64,000 bases of DNA, taken from contig JAXGJB010000008.1 in assembly GCA_040770465.1 (NCBI GenBank), positions 1 through 64,000 on the forward strand. The letters are read 5' to 3'. A model generated the notes under the pieces. That model did not search any database and was not told the DNA's origin. It was given only the letters and a program-made list of their open reading frames with translations. A program made the position numbers and the translations under genes. This stretch comes from Methanothrix sp. (GTDB taxonomy: Archaea; Halobacteriota; Methanosarcinia; Methanotrichales; Methanotrichaceae). Below are positions 38,511 through 48,316 of the stretch, in pieces; the first letter of the stretch is position 1, and each line of letters starts with the position of its first letter.

Positions 38511-39098
38511 ATGTTTGAGATCTCTAAAGTCCAGATGGTGGCCGCCGCGATCCTGGCGGCTCTACTTCTCTGGACCCTTTACGGAGCGTTCATGTCCATG
38601 AGCGTCAAAGAGCCCCCCTACCAGGTCATCCAGACCCTCGAAGACGGCATCGAGATCAGAGAGTACTCCGACCAGATCTGGGCAATAACCCTCGCCGAAG
38701 ACCAGAACCGGGGGTTTGGCCGCCTTTTCAGCTACATCACCGGCGCCAACGATGAGGAGAAGAAGATCGATATGACCGCCCCGGTGGTCACCGGGAGCGA
38801 AGGCAAAGAGGCGTTCGTGGCCTTCATCATGCCCGAAGGCTTCGATCTTGAGGGGACTCCCCGGCCCAGCGACGAGAGGGTGAAGATAAAGCTTGTGAAA
38901 GGAAGGAGGATGGCGGTCGTCGCCTTCTCAGGATACGCCACCGATGAGAGCCGGAATAGGCACCTCGCCGCCCTCGAAGAGACCCTGGAGGTCAACGGGA
39001 TAAAGACTCGAGGCGACCCGATCCTCATGCAGTACAACGACCCCTGGACCCCGCCCTTCATGCGCCGAAACGAGGTGGGGCTGGAGGTTGGCCTCTGA
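38511..39098 (+). CDS. SOUL heme-binding family protein
   Basis: EPPY, EIREY, GF.RLFSYI.GAN, IDMTAPV, YNDPWTPPFMRRNEV. Confidence 0.92.
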   Translation: MFEISKVQMVAAAILAALLLWTLYGAFMSMSVKEPPYQVIQTLEDGIEIREYSDQIWAITLAEDQNRGFGRLFSYITGANDEEKKIDMTAPVVTGSEGKEAFVAFIMPEGFDLEGTPRPSDERVKIKLVKGRRMAVVAFSGYATDESRNRHLAALEETLEVNGIKTRGDPILMQYNDPWTPPFMRRNEVGLEVGL

Positions 39099-39157
39099 TC
39101 GTATTTTTCAACCGAAATTCGAGATTGAAGTTTGCGACCGGGCAAGAAAGATCGGGG

Positions 39158-39319
39158 TCAGGACTTTTTCAGCCCACCGAACAGGTTTCCCACCGCCGAA
39201 AAGGCCGACTTGACCGAAGAGACGACCTGGTCGTAGAGAAAGACGCCGAAGATTCCGATCAACATGGCCAGGACCACGATTCCTATCAAGATTGCTATCA
39301 CCAAGCTTATCAGGGTCAA
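39158..39319 (-). CDS. Small (53 aa) single-TM protein, not in ORF track
   Basis: GAGGTG RBS then TTG: MTLISLVIAILIGIVVLAMLIGIFGVFLYDQVVSSVKSAFSAVGNLFGGLKKS. Confidence 0.6.
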   Translation of the reverse strand: MTLISLVIAILIGIVVLAMLIGIFGVFLYDQVVSSVKSAFSAVGNLFGGLKKS

Positions 39320-39609
39320 CTCTTTTTCACCTCGTTGAAGCTTCGTCAGCTATGCGCTCGCGGGAGCGATCCGCCCTTCCGGGCCGAAAGGGCTTCGTCT
39401 CTTTGCCGCCCGGAAAAACGGATCACGAGATTCATAATCGCGACCATCCGAGCCAGAGCCACGGGGTTTCCTTCGCCCTTATGCCCTCATCCGATAAAAA
39501 GGTTTGATGGTACGGCAGTTATCAGCATTACGATCTGCAGTCAGACCGCGTTCTCACCAAAAGCCCGATATACGACCTGGGTCATGCGGTCGCCCTAGGC
39601 GATAAAATC

Positions 39610-41289
39610 ATGTTGATCGGAATCGATGTCGGCGGAACCACTACAGACGCGGTTCTAATAGACAATGGAAAGGTAATAAAAACGTCAAAAGTCCCGACCG
39701 ACCACGACCACCTCCTGGAGTGCCTGATGAGCGCCCTCGACGAGATCGTCCGGGGCGTCTCGCCGAAGATGATCGAACGGGTCGTTCTCAGCACCACCCT
39801 CATCACAAACCTCATCGCCGAGGGGAAGACCGACCCCGTGGCCCTGATCATCGAGCCAGGCCCCGGAATGAACCCCGAAGGCTACAACCTGGAGGGCGAG
39901 GTTCAGATCGTCCGGGGGGCCATCGACTACCGGGGACGAGAGATCCAGCCCCTGGACGAAGGCCAGGTCAAAGACGCGGCGGCCAAGATCTCCGAGCGGG
40001 GGTACAGGAAGGTGGCGGTGGCGAGCAAGTTCGGGCAGAGAAACCACGCCCACGAGGAGAGGATGCGAGAGATCGTCCTGGAGGCGAGCCCCGGCTCTAC
40101 GGTGGAGATGGGCCACCAGGCCTCAGGACGGCTGAACTTTCCAAGAAGGGCGGCGACGACGATGCTGAAGGTCGCAGCCCAGGATAGATATCGGGAGTTT
40201 GCCGACCAGATAGCCAAGGCCATCACCAGCAGGAAGATCGAGGCTCCGATCTACATCCTCAAGGCCGACGGGGGGACGCTTCCTCTGGAGACGTCCGTCG
40301 AGTACCCCGTGGAGACTATATTCTCGGGGCCTGCGGCCAGCACCATGGGAGTTCTCGCCCTCACGCCCCCCGGCCAGACCTCCGTCGTCGTCGACATCGG
40401 CGGGACGACGACCGACCTCGCCCTGATCCTGGACGGGGTTCCGTTGATGTCCTCGGAGGGGGCGAAGGTGAACAGCTACCTCACCCACATCAGGGCTTTT
40501 GCGGTCAAGTCCGTCGCCCTGGGCGGCGATAGCAGAGTGAGAGCCGCAGATGGCGAGGTCACCCTCGGGCCGGAGAGGGCGGGTCCCGCCCGCTGCCTCG
40601 GCGGGCCTGAGCCCACCCCCACCGACGCCATGAGGCTCTTGAACCTGATCTCCATAGGCGAGCGGTCTCTGGCTGAAGAGGCGATGACGAACCTTGGCAG
40701 AGACCTCGGCTGCTCCGCCGGCGAGGCGGCCCAGAAGGTGGTGGACGAGGCCGTCGATATGCTCCTCAGCGAGATCAACGGCATGTTCCTCGCCTGGGAG
40801 GAGGAGCCCGCCTACCGGGTCTGGGAGATCCTCCAGAAGGAGAAGATCAGGCCCCAGAACGTCGTCGGGGTCGGCGGCGGGTCCCTGGGGCTCGTCCCCC
40901 TGGTGGCAGAGAAGCTCGGCGCCAGAGGGATCATCCCCGAGAACGCCACCGTCGCCAACGCCATCGGAGCCGCCGTGGCAAGGCCCACCCTCACCCTCAC
41001 CTTCAGGGCCGATACCGAACGGGGCTTTTACACCGTCGCCGAGGACGGGACGACCGGAGAGGTCAAGGACCGGAAGTTCGGCCAGAAGGAGGCGGAGGCT
41101 CTGGCAAAGAAGCTGATAATCGAGCGGGCCGAAAAGATGGGGATCGGTGAGTACGCCTCGGAGGCAGAGGTGACCGCCAGCGAGGTCTTCAACATGGTCC
41201 GGGGCTGGTCAACCAGCGGCCGGATCCTGGACGTGGGCATGCAGATTCCGGCGGGGCTCATCCCCGAGTGGACGGGAGGTGGACGTTGA
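39610..41289 (+). CDS. Hydantoinase A/5-oxoprolinase family protein
   Basis: GIDVGGTTTDA, STT..TN, SGPAAS, DIGGTTTD, GGPEPTPTDA, ANAIGAA. Confidence 0.9.
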   Translation: MLIGIDVGGTTTDAVLIDNGKVIKTSKVPTDHDHLLECLMSALDEIVRGVSPKMIERVVLSTTLITNLIAEGKTDPVALIIEPGPGMNPEGYNLEGEVQIVRGAIDYRGREIQPLDEGQVKDAAAKISERGYRKVAVASKFGQRNHAHEERMREIVLEASPGSTVEMGHQASGRLNFPRRAATTMLKVAAQDRYREFADQIAKAITSRKIEAPIYILKADGGTLPLETSVEYPVETIFSGPAASTMGVLALTPPGQTSVVVDIGGTTTDLALILDGVPLMSSEGAKVNSYLTHIRAFAVKSVALGGDSRVRAADGEVTLGPERAGPARCLGGPEPTPTDAMRLLNLISIGERSLAEEAMTNLGRDLGCSAGEAAQKVVDEAVDMLLSEINGMFLAWEEEPAYRVWEILQKEKIRPQNVVGVGGGSLGLVPLVAEKLGARGIIPENATVANAIGAAVARPTLTLTFRADTERGFYTVAEDGTTGEVKDRKFGQKEAEALAKKLIIERAEKMGIGEYASEAEVTASEVFNMVRGWSTSGRILDVGMQIPAGLIPEWTGGGR

Positions 41290-42674
41290 TGACGACTTTG
41301 AGAGAGGAAAATAGGGATCGGGCGCGGAAGATGGGGCTGATATTCTTCCCAGCCTTCGACTGGGCGATAACCCCGACCCACCCGGAGAGGGAGGAGAGGC
41401 TCCTCTACACAAGAGACCAGATCTTCGAGGAGGGGCTGATGGACCTCCCGGAGGTCGAGGAGTTCAAGCCCCGCCTCGCGGAGCTGAAGGACATCGCTCG
41501 GGTCCACTTCTGCATACCCTCCGTCGAGTCTCTGGTCACCGAGGCTCACCTCATCGCCGCGGGGTCGACCCTCGTCCTCGCCGACGCCTACATGAAAAAA
41601 GAGATCACCAACGCCTTCGCCCTGGTGAGGCCGCCGGGCCATCACTCCATGAGGGTCGCCCACGGGAACCGCGGGTTCTGCAACGTCAACAACGAGGCGA
41701 TAATGGTCGAGTACATCCGCCGAAAGTACGGGATCAGGCGGGTGGCGATCATCGACACCGACGTCCACCACGGCGACGGGACCCAGGAGATCTTCTACCA
41801 CGACCCCGACGTCCTCTTCATATCCTTCCACCAGGACGGAAGGACCCTCTATCCGGGGTCGGGGTTCGTCGACGAGCAGGGCGGCCCCAAGGCGATCGGA
41901 AGGACGATCAACATACCCCTCCCCCCCGAGACCCCCGACGAGGGGATCCACTACGTCCTGGAGGAGCTTGTCCTACCGATCCTGAAGGAGTTTCGGCCCC
42001 AGCTGGTCGTCAACTCCGCAGGCCAGGACAACCACTACACCGACCCCCTGGCCAACATGCGGTTTTCAGCCCAGGGGTACGCGAAGCTGAACGAGATGCT
42101 CGCCCCCGACATCGCCGTCCTGGAGGGGGGGTACGCCATCGAGTCGGCCCTCCCCTACGTCAACTGCGGGATAATCCTGGCCATGGCCGGTCTCGACTAC
42201 TCGAACGTGAGGGAGCCCGACTACGTCCCCGGAAGGTTTTCGATGTCGAGGACCATGGAGGCGAATATCACGGGGACGGTCGAGTACCTCCAGGGGATCT
42301 GGGATGCAAGAGAAGAATTGACTGCGACGGCCGTCGAGAGGGCGGGGCCCTTCTTCCGGAGGCGGAAGAACATCTTCTACGACACCGACGGGATCCGGGA
42401 GAAGCAGACCGAGTCGGTGAAGATGTGCCCCGACAAGAGCTGTCCCGGCTACATGACCATCGACACCGACGCCGTCAGGGGTTACGGGTCGTCAGATAGC
42501 GGGTTTGGGGTCTTTGTTCCCCTATTCGCCTGCAAGCGGTGTCGCGAGGAGGCGAGGGAGGAGTACGAGGCCCACAAGACCGACTCCCGGTACAACTACA
42601 TCTACTTCCAGGACAAGAACACCGACAACTTCCGGCTCTACAGTACCAGGATGCACAACGAGCGGGTCTATTGA
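41289..42674 (+). CDS. Histone deacetylase/AcuC family amidohydrolase with C-terminal extension
   Basis: HPE, RPPGHH, GFC..NN, DTDVHHGDGTQ, SAGQD, LEGGY; ATG overlaps the upstream TGA. Confidence 0.9.
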   Translation: MTTLREENRDRARKMGLIFFPAFDWAITPTHPEREERLLYTRDQIFEEGLMDLPEVEEFKPRLAELKDIARVHFCIPSVESLVTEAHLIAAGSTLVLADAYMKKEITNAFALVRPPGHHSMRVAHGNRGFCNVNNEAIMVEYIRRKYGIRRVAIIDTDVHHGDGTQEIFYHDPDVLFISFHQDGRTLYPGSGFVDEQGGPKAIGRTINIPLPPETPDEGIHYVLEELVLPILKEFRPQLVVNSAGQDNHYTDPLANMRFSAQGYAKLNEMLAPDIAVLEGGYAIESALPYVNCGIILAMAGLDYSNVREPDYVPGRFSMSRTMEANITGTVEYLQGIWDAREELTATAVERAGPFFRRRKNIFYDTDGIREKQTESVKMCPDKSCPGYMTIDTDAVRGYGSSDSGFGVFVPLFACKRCREEAREEYEAHKTDSRYNYIYFQDKNTDNFRLYSTRMHNERVY

Positions 42675-42969
42675 AGTAGAGAAGTAGAGGCAGCGGGAAA
42701 AATCCCGCCCGGTCGGGGGGCGGGATGAGGTGAGGGCCACGGGCGGCGGGGCCGAGTCCGGCGCCCTTCGGCCTCACACCACCCGCCGCCAAATCTGCCA
42801 ACTGCGACAAGATGCACTACGATTTAGCAGTCTTCGACCCGTCCATCTCCGTCCATCTAATTCTGATGAGATCGGATGCTCCAACTTGTTCTTCTTCGCT
42901 GAACCGCAAAGGTGGAAAACGGCCCAAAGCTCTATAATCTGCGAAGCTAAAATATATAGACTGATCAGC

Positions 42970-43242
42970 ATGGCGAAACTACAAGGCGAGGCTGGAAAGA
43001 CCTCCATGAAATTCAGCCCGGAGAAGGGCTTCAAAGAGTTTAAACAGAAGTTCACCCTGACCAACTCTGAGGCGGCAGCTTTTCTCAGGGATCTCGCCAA
43101 GGAGATGGAAGCGGGAGGCGAAGTGGAGATCTCTCACCACGGCGCGTCCATTTCCGTCGATCCTGAGTCCCCCATAAAGCTTGAAGTGGAACTGGAGGAC
43201 GATGAGATTGAGATCGAGATAAAGCTCAGGGCGAGATCGTGA
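42970..43242 (+). CDS. Amphi-Trp domain-like small protein
   Basis: EAAAFLRDLA....G, P..I.LEVE...EIEI; paralog of 57326-57676. Confidence 0.7.
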   Translation: MAKLQGEAGKTSMKFSPEKGFKEFKQKFTLTNSEAAAFLRDLAKEMEAGGEVEISHHGASISVDPESPIKLEVELEDDEIEIEIKLRARS

Positions 43243-43272
43243 AGATGTGGCGCTGCAGCGAGAACGCTGACT

Positions 43273-43791
43273 ATGGCTGGTGATGATGTGAAGGAAAAAG
43301 AAGGCGAGATCAGGGAGATTCGGATCGCCTCCTGGCGGCGGAGGCTGGGGGCCTGGCTGATCGACATAATCCTGGTGGGAATTCTGTGGGACGTTCTGGC
43401 GGGCGTAGCCGGCATCGCCGGAGCATTTCACGTCTTCGGCTTTTGGCCCATGCACGGCCCCTTCTTCCACCACTGGTTCGTGAACATCGGGTCTGACGAC
43501 GCCCTCGTCCTCTTCGTCTACTGGACGCTGATGGAGGGGTATCGGGGCCAGTCCATCGGGAAGATGGCTCTGGGGCTGAAGGTCACCGACAGAAAGGGAG
43601 ACGAGATCGACATCCCGCGGGCCGCCATCGAGAGCTTCGGGAAGGTCTTCCTCCTGCCCCTGGACTGCCTCATCGGCTGGATTGCGGTTCCGGGGTCGGG
43701 GCAGAGGCTCTTCAACCGGCTCTCGGAGACTATCGTCGTCCTCGTCAACGAGGCGGCGCCGGAGGGGGTCCGCTACGTGAGGCCGGAGTAG
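43273..43791 (+). CDS. RDD family membrane protein
   Basis: ASWRRRLGAWLID, GQSIGKMALGLKV, QRLFN. Confidence 0.88.
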   Translation: MAGDDVKEKEGEIREIRIASWRRRLGAWLIDIILVGILWDVLAGVAGIAGAFHVFGFWPMHGPFFHHWFVNIGSDDALVLFVYWTLMEGYRGQSIGKMALGLKVTDRKGDEIDIPRAAIESFGKVFLLPLDCLIGWIAVPGSGQRLFNRLSETIVVLVNEAAPEGVRYVRPE

Positions 43792-43897
43792 CGGGCGTTT
43801 TCCCCTTGGCCCCACCTCGCCTTCCTCCCCCTCCATCTCGCATTTCTGTTCGTGATGCCTGGTGGGCTTCTAATACTATAAACGAGCAGTAATCTTC

Positions 43898-44131
43898 ATG
43901 GGAACACTGACCTACAGGATCCTTCTCAAAAAGGAGTCGGAAGGCGGCTACACCGTCACCGTCCCATCCCTTCCAGGGTGCGTCACCTATGGTGACGCCA
44001 TCGAGGAGGCGGTGGAGATGGCAAGAGAGGCGATTGAGCTCTATCTTGAGAGCCTCAGAGAGCACGGTGAAGAGATTCCGACCGAAGAGGAGACTCTGGA
44101 GCGAATCCTATCGGTAGAGGCCCATGCCTAA
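43898..44131 (+). CDS. hicB: HicB antitoxin
   Basis: GGYTVTVPSLPGCVTYGD..EEA..MAREAI. Confidence 0.92.
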   Translation: MGTLTYRILLKKESEGGYTVTVPSLPGCVTYGDAIEEAVEMAREAIELYLESLREHGEEIPTEEETLERILSVEAHA

Positions 44132-44348
44132 AGTGCCAGCCCTCACACCTCAGAAGATAGCGAAGGTGCTGGAGAAGAAAGGTTTCGTCCTCGACAGGAC
44201 AAGCGGAAGCCACCGCATTTATTACAATCCCGAGGCGAAGTGCAGAGTTGTGGTTCCTTTCCACAAAAAAGATCTTCCAAGGGGAACCGCCCTCGCCATT
44301 CTAAAACAGGCAGGCATCAGCAGAGAAGATCTGGATGACCTGCTCTAA
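44124..44348 (+). CDS. hicA: HicA toxin (mRNA interferase)
   Basis: L.K.GF...R..GSH...VVVPFH.KDL..GT...ILKQAG; overlaps hicB. Confidence 0.92.
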   Translation: MPKVPALTPQKIAKVLEKKGFVLDRTSGSHRIYYNPEAKCRVVVPFHKKDLPRGTALAILKQAGISREDLDDLL

Positions 44349-44388
44349 GCGCTCAAATATTCAAAGTTGATCGCCGAGCCCCGCTTAC

Positions 44389-44808
44389 TCAGCCCAGCGT
44401 CTCCTCGATCCATGCCTCGATCGCGTCCCTCACGTCCCGGAAGGCACAGAGCCGCTCCTCCTCGGTCCCGGCGGCGGCAGCGGGGTCGGGGAAGCTCTGG
44501 TGGACCCGCTTCCCGCCGCCGGGGAAGAAGGGGCAGGCCTCCCTCGCCCGATCGCAGACCGTCACCACCAGGTCGAACTCGGCGCCCCGAAACTCATCCA
44601 GGCTCTTGGACCGGTGGCCCGAGATGTCGACGCCCCGCTCCGCCATCGCCCTGATGGCGAGGGGGTGGACCTCGGTCGGGAAGGTTCCGGCGCTGAACAC
44701 CTCGTAGCGATCGCCGTGCAGGTGGCGCAGCAGCCCCTCGGCCATCTGGGAGCGGGCCGAGTTGTTGGTGCAGACGAAGAGGACGCGGGGTTTGGTGGTG
44801 GGGGACAT
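44389..44808 (-). CDS. arsC: Arsenate reductase (thioredoxin/LMW-PTP type)
   Basis: [24 protein letters not shown]...CP, FPDP. Confidence 0.9.
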   Translation of the reverse strand: MSPTTKPRVLFVCTNNSARSQMAEGLLRHLHGDRYEVFSAGTFPTEVHPLAIRAMAERGVDISGHRSKSLDEFRGAEFDLVVTVCDRAREACPFFPGGGKRVHQSFPDPAAAAGTEEERLCAFRDVRDAIEAWIEETLG

Positions 44809-44836
44809 AATTTGAGCCTACTGATAACGTCTCGTC

Positions 44837-45025
44837 TTAGTCTTGCTTATTCCGATTATACAACGTCTCTTCAGAAAGAGATTCGAGGCAGCCCTCTATC
44901 GCCTCGTTGATGTTCTCCAGAGCCTCCTCGGCGGTATCCCCCTGAGAATGGCAGCCCGGCAGCGCCGGACAACTGACGATGTACCCCCCTTCCTCGGCCT
45001 CTTCGAGAGTCACCTTGAGTTTCAT
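44837..45025 (-). CDS. hicB: HicB-family antitoxin (orphan)
   Basis: EEGGYIVSCPALPGCHSQGDT.EEALENI.EAI. Confidence 0.88.
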   Translation of the reverse strand: MKLKVTLEEAEEGGYIVSCPALPGCHSQGDTAEEALENINEAIEGCLESLSEETLYNRNKQD

Positions 45026-45189
45026 GGAAGAGGGTTGGCGTCTGAGGTTGAAAACGTTTTCTTGCGGCCGCCGGGAATGGGCGCGGATGGCTACCTATAC
45101 CTTTTATTCTCGAAGGGGAGGATTAGGGGTCTAGCACTGGTGGCACCAAATTTGAAGGACAAAAAGCAGTTGGGGGAAGAACGAGAATA

Positions 45190-45324
45190 CTATAGAGCTA
45201 TATCCTTTTCGATCTCGGCGATGGCCTCCTCGAAAGAGATCGCCTCTTCGCAGGATGCTTTGGCAGCATCATAGGCTCGAATGGATTCAAGCTTCTCCAG
45301 CTCGATTAGAAGATAGAGTGTCAT
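45190..45324 (-). pseudogene. Antitoxin-like remnant (44 aa), not in ORF track
   Basis: MTLYLLIELEKLESIRAYDAAKASCEEAISFEEAIAEIEKDIAL resembles the C-terminus of RelE-associated antitoxins; abuts ISL3 copy 3. Confidence 0.5.
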
Positions 45325-45347
45325 CCTGCTTAAACGTTAATTTTATT

Positions 45348-46649
45348 GGCTCTTCACTATTCCGTGTGGGTAACAGATAGCCATTTATCATAATCATGCT
45401 ACCGAATAAAAAGCATGTCAATCTCACAAGAGGATCTTTTCAAGCAGGCACTGAACTTGCAGCCGCCCTGGTTAATCGACTCAATCGACTTCGACGTGGA
45501 AGGGAAGCGACTCGACATCCACATAGATTTCGAACGTGGTGGTAAATTTCCATGTCCTAGATGCGGCAACTCTGAATGCGATGTTCATGATACAATCGAT
45601 AGGACTTGGCGTCATCTTAACTTCTTCCAATTCAAGACCTACCTTCATTGTCGCGTTCCCAGAACGAAATGCGAAACTTGCGGAGTCAAACTTGTCAAGG
45701 TGCCTTGGGCAAGAAAAGGTAGCGGTTTTTCCCTCCTAATGGATTCCTTGATAATCTTAATGGCTCAGCACATGCCCGTAAAATCTGTAGCGGACTTGAT
45801 CGGAGAACATGATACTCGGATATGGCGAGTCCTGGAATACTACGTATTAGAAGCAAGATCGGAAGAGGACTTCTCAGAGGTTGAATCAGTAGGAGTTGAC
45901 GAGACATCCAGAGCAAAAGGTCACAAATACGTATCAGTTTTCATAGATTTAGATAAATCCAAGGTGTTATATGTATGTGAAGGAAAAGATGCTTCAGCAA
46001 TTGAGTCGTTTAGAGATGACCTTGAGGATCATAAAGGATCTTTTAAAAATGTACGTAATTTCTGCTGTGATATGTCCCCCGCATTCATATCTGGAGTCAC
46101 TAGGAACTTCCCAGAAACTTCAATAACATTCGATAAGTTCCATGTTATGAAGCTGATGAACCAAGCAGTAGATCAAGTGAGACGTGAAGAGCAATTTCAT
46201 AACAGCAACCTGAAGTATACAAGATATATTTGGCTAAAAAATCCCGAGAAACTTACGAAAAAACAGAGATATGAATTGGGATCTCTCAGAGATATGAGAT
46301 TAAAAACAATGAGAGCTTACAACATCAAATTGAGCCTACGCGATTTCTGGAACTTCAAAGACCAGCTATTGGCGGAAGATTATCTAAAACGTTGGTACTT
46401 TTGGGCGACACACAGCAGATTAAAACCAGTTATTGATACCGCAAAAGCGATCAAGGGGCATTGGAAAGGAATTATAAACTATATTAACACCAGAATAGAT
46501 AACGGAATCTTAGAGGGAATAAATAGCCTCATTCAATCAGCAAAAGACGACGCAAGAGGATTCAGGACGACAAAGAATTTTGTTATAACTATATATCTTA
46601 GATTAGGAAAACTCAAGTTCAATCTACCCACATAAAACAGCGAGGAGCC
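45348..46649 (+). mobile_element. ISL3 copy 3 (complete; flanks do not match each other)
   Basis: IRs GGCTCTTCACTATTCCGTGTGGG / CCCACATAAAACAGCGAGGAGCC; flanks ATTTTATT vs TTTTTTTT. Confidence 0.95.
45415..46635 (+). CDS. ISL3 transposase
   Basis: 406 aa, near-identical to 11929-13149. Confidence 0.97.
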   Translation: MSISQEDLFKQALNLQPPWLIDSIDFDVEGKRLDIHIDFERGGKFPCPRCGNSECDVHDTIDRTWRHLNFFQFKTYLHCRVPRTKCETCGVKLVKVPWARKGSGFSLLMDSLIILMAQHMPVKSVADLIGEHDTRIWRVLEYYVLEARSEEDFSEVESVGVDETSRAKGHKYVSVFIDLDKSKVLYVCEGKDASAIESFRDDLEDHKGSFKNVRNFCCDMSPAFISGVTRNFPETSITFDKFHVMKLMNQAVDQVRREEQFHNSNLKYTRYIWLKNPEKLTKKQRYELGSLRDMRLKTMRAYNIKLSLRDFWNFKDQLLAEDYLKRWYFWATHSRLKPVIDTAKAIKGHWKGIINYINTRIDNGILEGINSLIQSAKDDARGFRTTKNFVITIYLRLGKLKFNLPT

Positions 46650-46785
46650 TTTTTTTTGCTTTCCCAAAATGTGCGGGTTTTAGCATATGAAGGGAATTTC
46701 CCGCATTCCAGCTTCCACCGGGCATCAGCCTCGGGCTTAACTATTTTATCTCCCTCCTCCAAAGGGGGCGGAAAAGGAGGTCCTG

Positions 46786-47892
46786 ATGATGAAGTTTGCA
46801 AGCCACGTCGAGGGGATCGACATATCAGGGATAAGAAAGAGCTTCGAGGGGGCGGGTCCGGGAGCGATAAACCTGGGCCTCGGCCAGCCCGACTTCGACA
46901 CTCCCGATCACATCAAGCGAGCGGCGATTGAGGCGATCGAGGAGGGGTTCACGGGGTACACCATGAACCTGGGCACCGCCGAGCTGAGGGAGGCCCTCTC
47001 CGAGAAGTTCAGGCGGGATAACGGCCTCGATTACGCGCCGGGCGAGATCATGGTCACGAGCGGCGCAAGCGAAGCCCTATTTCTCGCCATCGCCGCCGTC
47101 GTCGAGAAGGAGGACGAGGTTCTTTTGGGCGACCCGGGTTTCGTATCCTACGCTGCCCTCACCCGGGTCGCTCAGGGAAGGCCCGTCGCCGTCCCCATGG
47201 ACGAGAGGTTCCGCCTCACCCCCGAGGCCGTCGCCGAGAAGATAACGTCGAGGACTCGGGCCCTCGTCGTCAACTCCCCCAACAACCCCACCGGCTCGGT
47301 CCAGACGAATGAGGAGCTGCGGGCCCTGGCAGAGCTTGCCGAGGATCATGGCTTCGCCCTCATTTCCGACGAGGTCTACGAGCACTTCATCTACGAGGGA
47401 GAGCATGTGAGCCCCGCCCTCTACTCCGATAACGTCATCACCATCAACGCCGTATCCAAGACCTACGCCATGACCGGCTGGAGGCTCGGCTACCTGGCGG
47501 CTCGGGGCGAGGCCCTGGAGAACATGCTGAAGGTCCACCAGTACATCCAGGCCTGCGCTTCGTCCATCAGCCAGAGGGCGGCCCTGGCCGCCGTCAGCGG
47601 TCCTCAGGAATGCGTCGGCGAGATGAAGGCCGAGTTTCTGAGGAGAAGGGACGTTTTGGTTTCGGGGCTCCGGTCGATGGGGCTGGAGATCGAAGAGCCG
47701 CCAGGAGCGTTCTACGCATTCCCAAAAGTGGGGGATGGAAACGACGTTGCCGCCCGGCTGATCAAGGGCGGGGTGGTGACGGTTCCGGGGTCCGCCTTCG
47801 GATCGGCGGCAAAAGATCACATAAGGATATCTTACGCCGCCTCCATGGGGGATATAAAAACGGCTCTCGCGCGGATGAGAGAAATTCTTTAA
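46786..47892 (+). CDS. Class I/II PLP-dependent (aspartate-type) aminotransferase
   Basis: GQPDFDTP, NSPNNPTG, SDEVYE, SKTYAMTGWRLG, GAFY. Confidence 0.92.
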   Translation: MMKFASHVEGIDISGIRKSFEGAGPGAINLGLGQPDFDTPDHIKRAAIEAIEEGFTGYTMNLGTAELREALSEKFRRDNGLDYAPGEIMVTSGASEALFLAIAAVVEKEDEVLLGDPGFVSYAALTRVAQGRPVAVPMDERFRLTPEAVAEKITSRTRALVVNSPNNPTGSVQTNEELRALAELAEDHGFALISDEVYEHFIYEGEHVSPALYSDNVITINAVSKTYAMTGWRLGYLAARGEALENMLKVHQYIQACASSISQRAALAAVSGPQECVGEMKAEFLRRRDVLVSGLRSMGLEIEEPPGAFYAFPKVGDGNDVAARLIKGGVVTVPGSAFGSAAKDHIRISYAASMGDIKTALARMREIL

Positions 47893-47927
47893 ATAGGAGC
47901 TGCTGCATTCGTCGGGAAGGTGACGAG

Positions 47928-48311
47928 ATGAAAGAGCAGGTGGAGACGAGAGAGCTTAAAGAGGGAAGGTACGTGATCATCGACGAAGAGCCGTGCGTCA
48001 TCAAGAGCATAGCCAAGTCAAAGCCGGGTAAGCACGGCGCCGCCAAGGCGAGGGTTGACGCCGTCGGGATCTTCGACGGCCAGAAGAGGTCCATCGTCCA
48101 GCCGGTGACGGCCAAAGTCTACGTTCCGATTGTGGAGAGGAAGTCAGGCCAGGTTCTGACGATCGGCGATACCTCGGCACAGCTGATGGATCTTGGCGAC
48201 TACAGCACCATCGACGTTCCCATCACCGAGGATGACCGGCCAAAGCTGGAAGAGGGGAAGGAAGTCCCCTATCTGCTCGTCATGGGCAGGACAAAGATGG
48301 ATATACGTTAA
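47928..48311 (+). CDS. eif5A: Translation factor aIF5A
   Basis: Hypusine motif KSKPGKHGAAKAR; start MKEQVE after GGTGA. Confidence 0.96.
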   Translation: MKEQVETRELKEGRYVIIDEEPCVIKSIAKSKPGKHGAAKARVDAVGIFDGQKRSIVQPVTAKVYVPIVERKSGQVLTIGDTSAQLMDLGDYSTIDVPITEDDRPKLEEGKEVPYLLVMGRTKMDIR

Positions 48312-48316
48312 CCTCG

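Noticed and set aside
39158-39319. Flp/type IV pilin identity for the 53-aa ORF
   Set aside because: No class III signal cleavage motif or +5 Glu, and no pilus genes nearby
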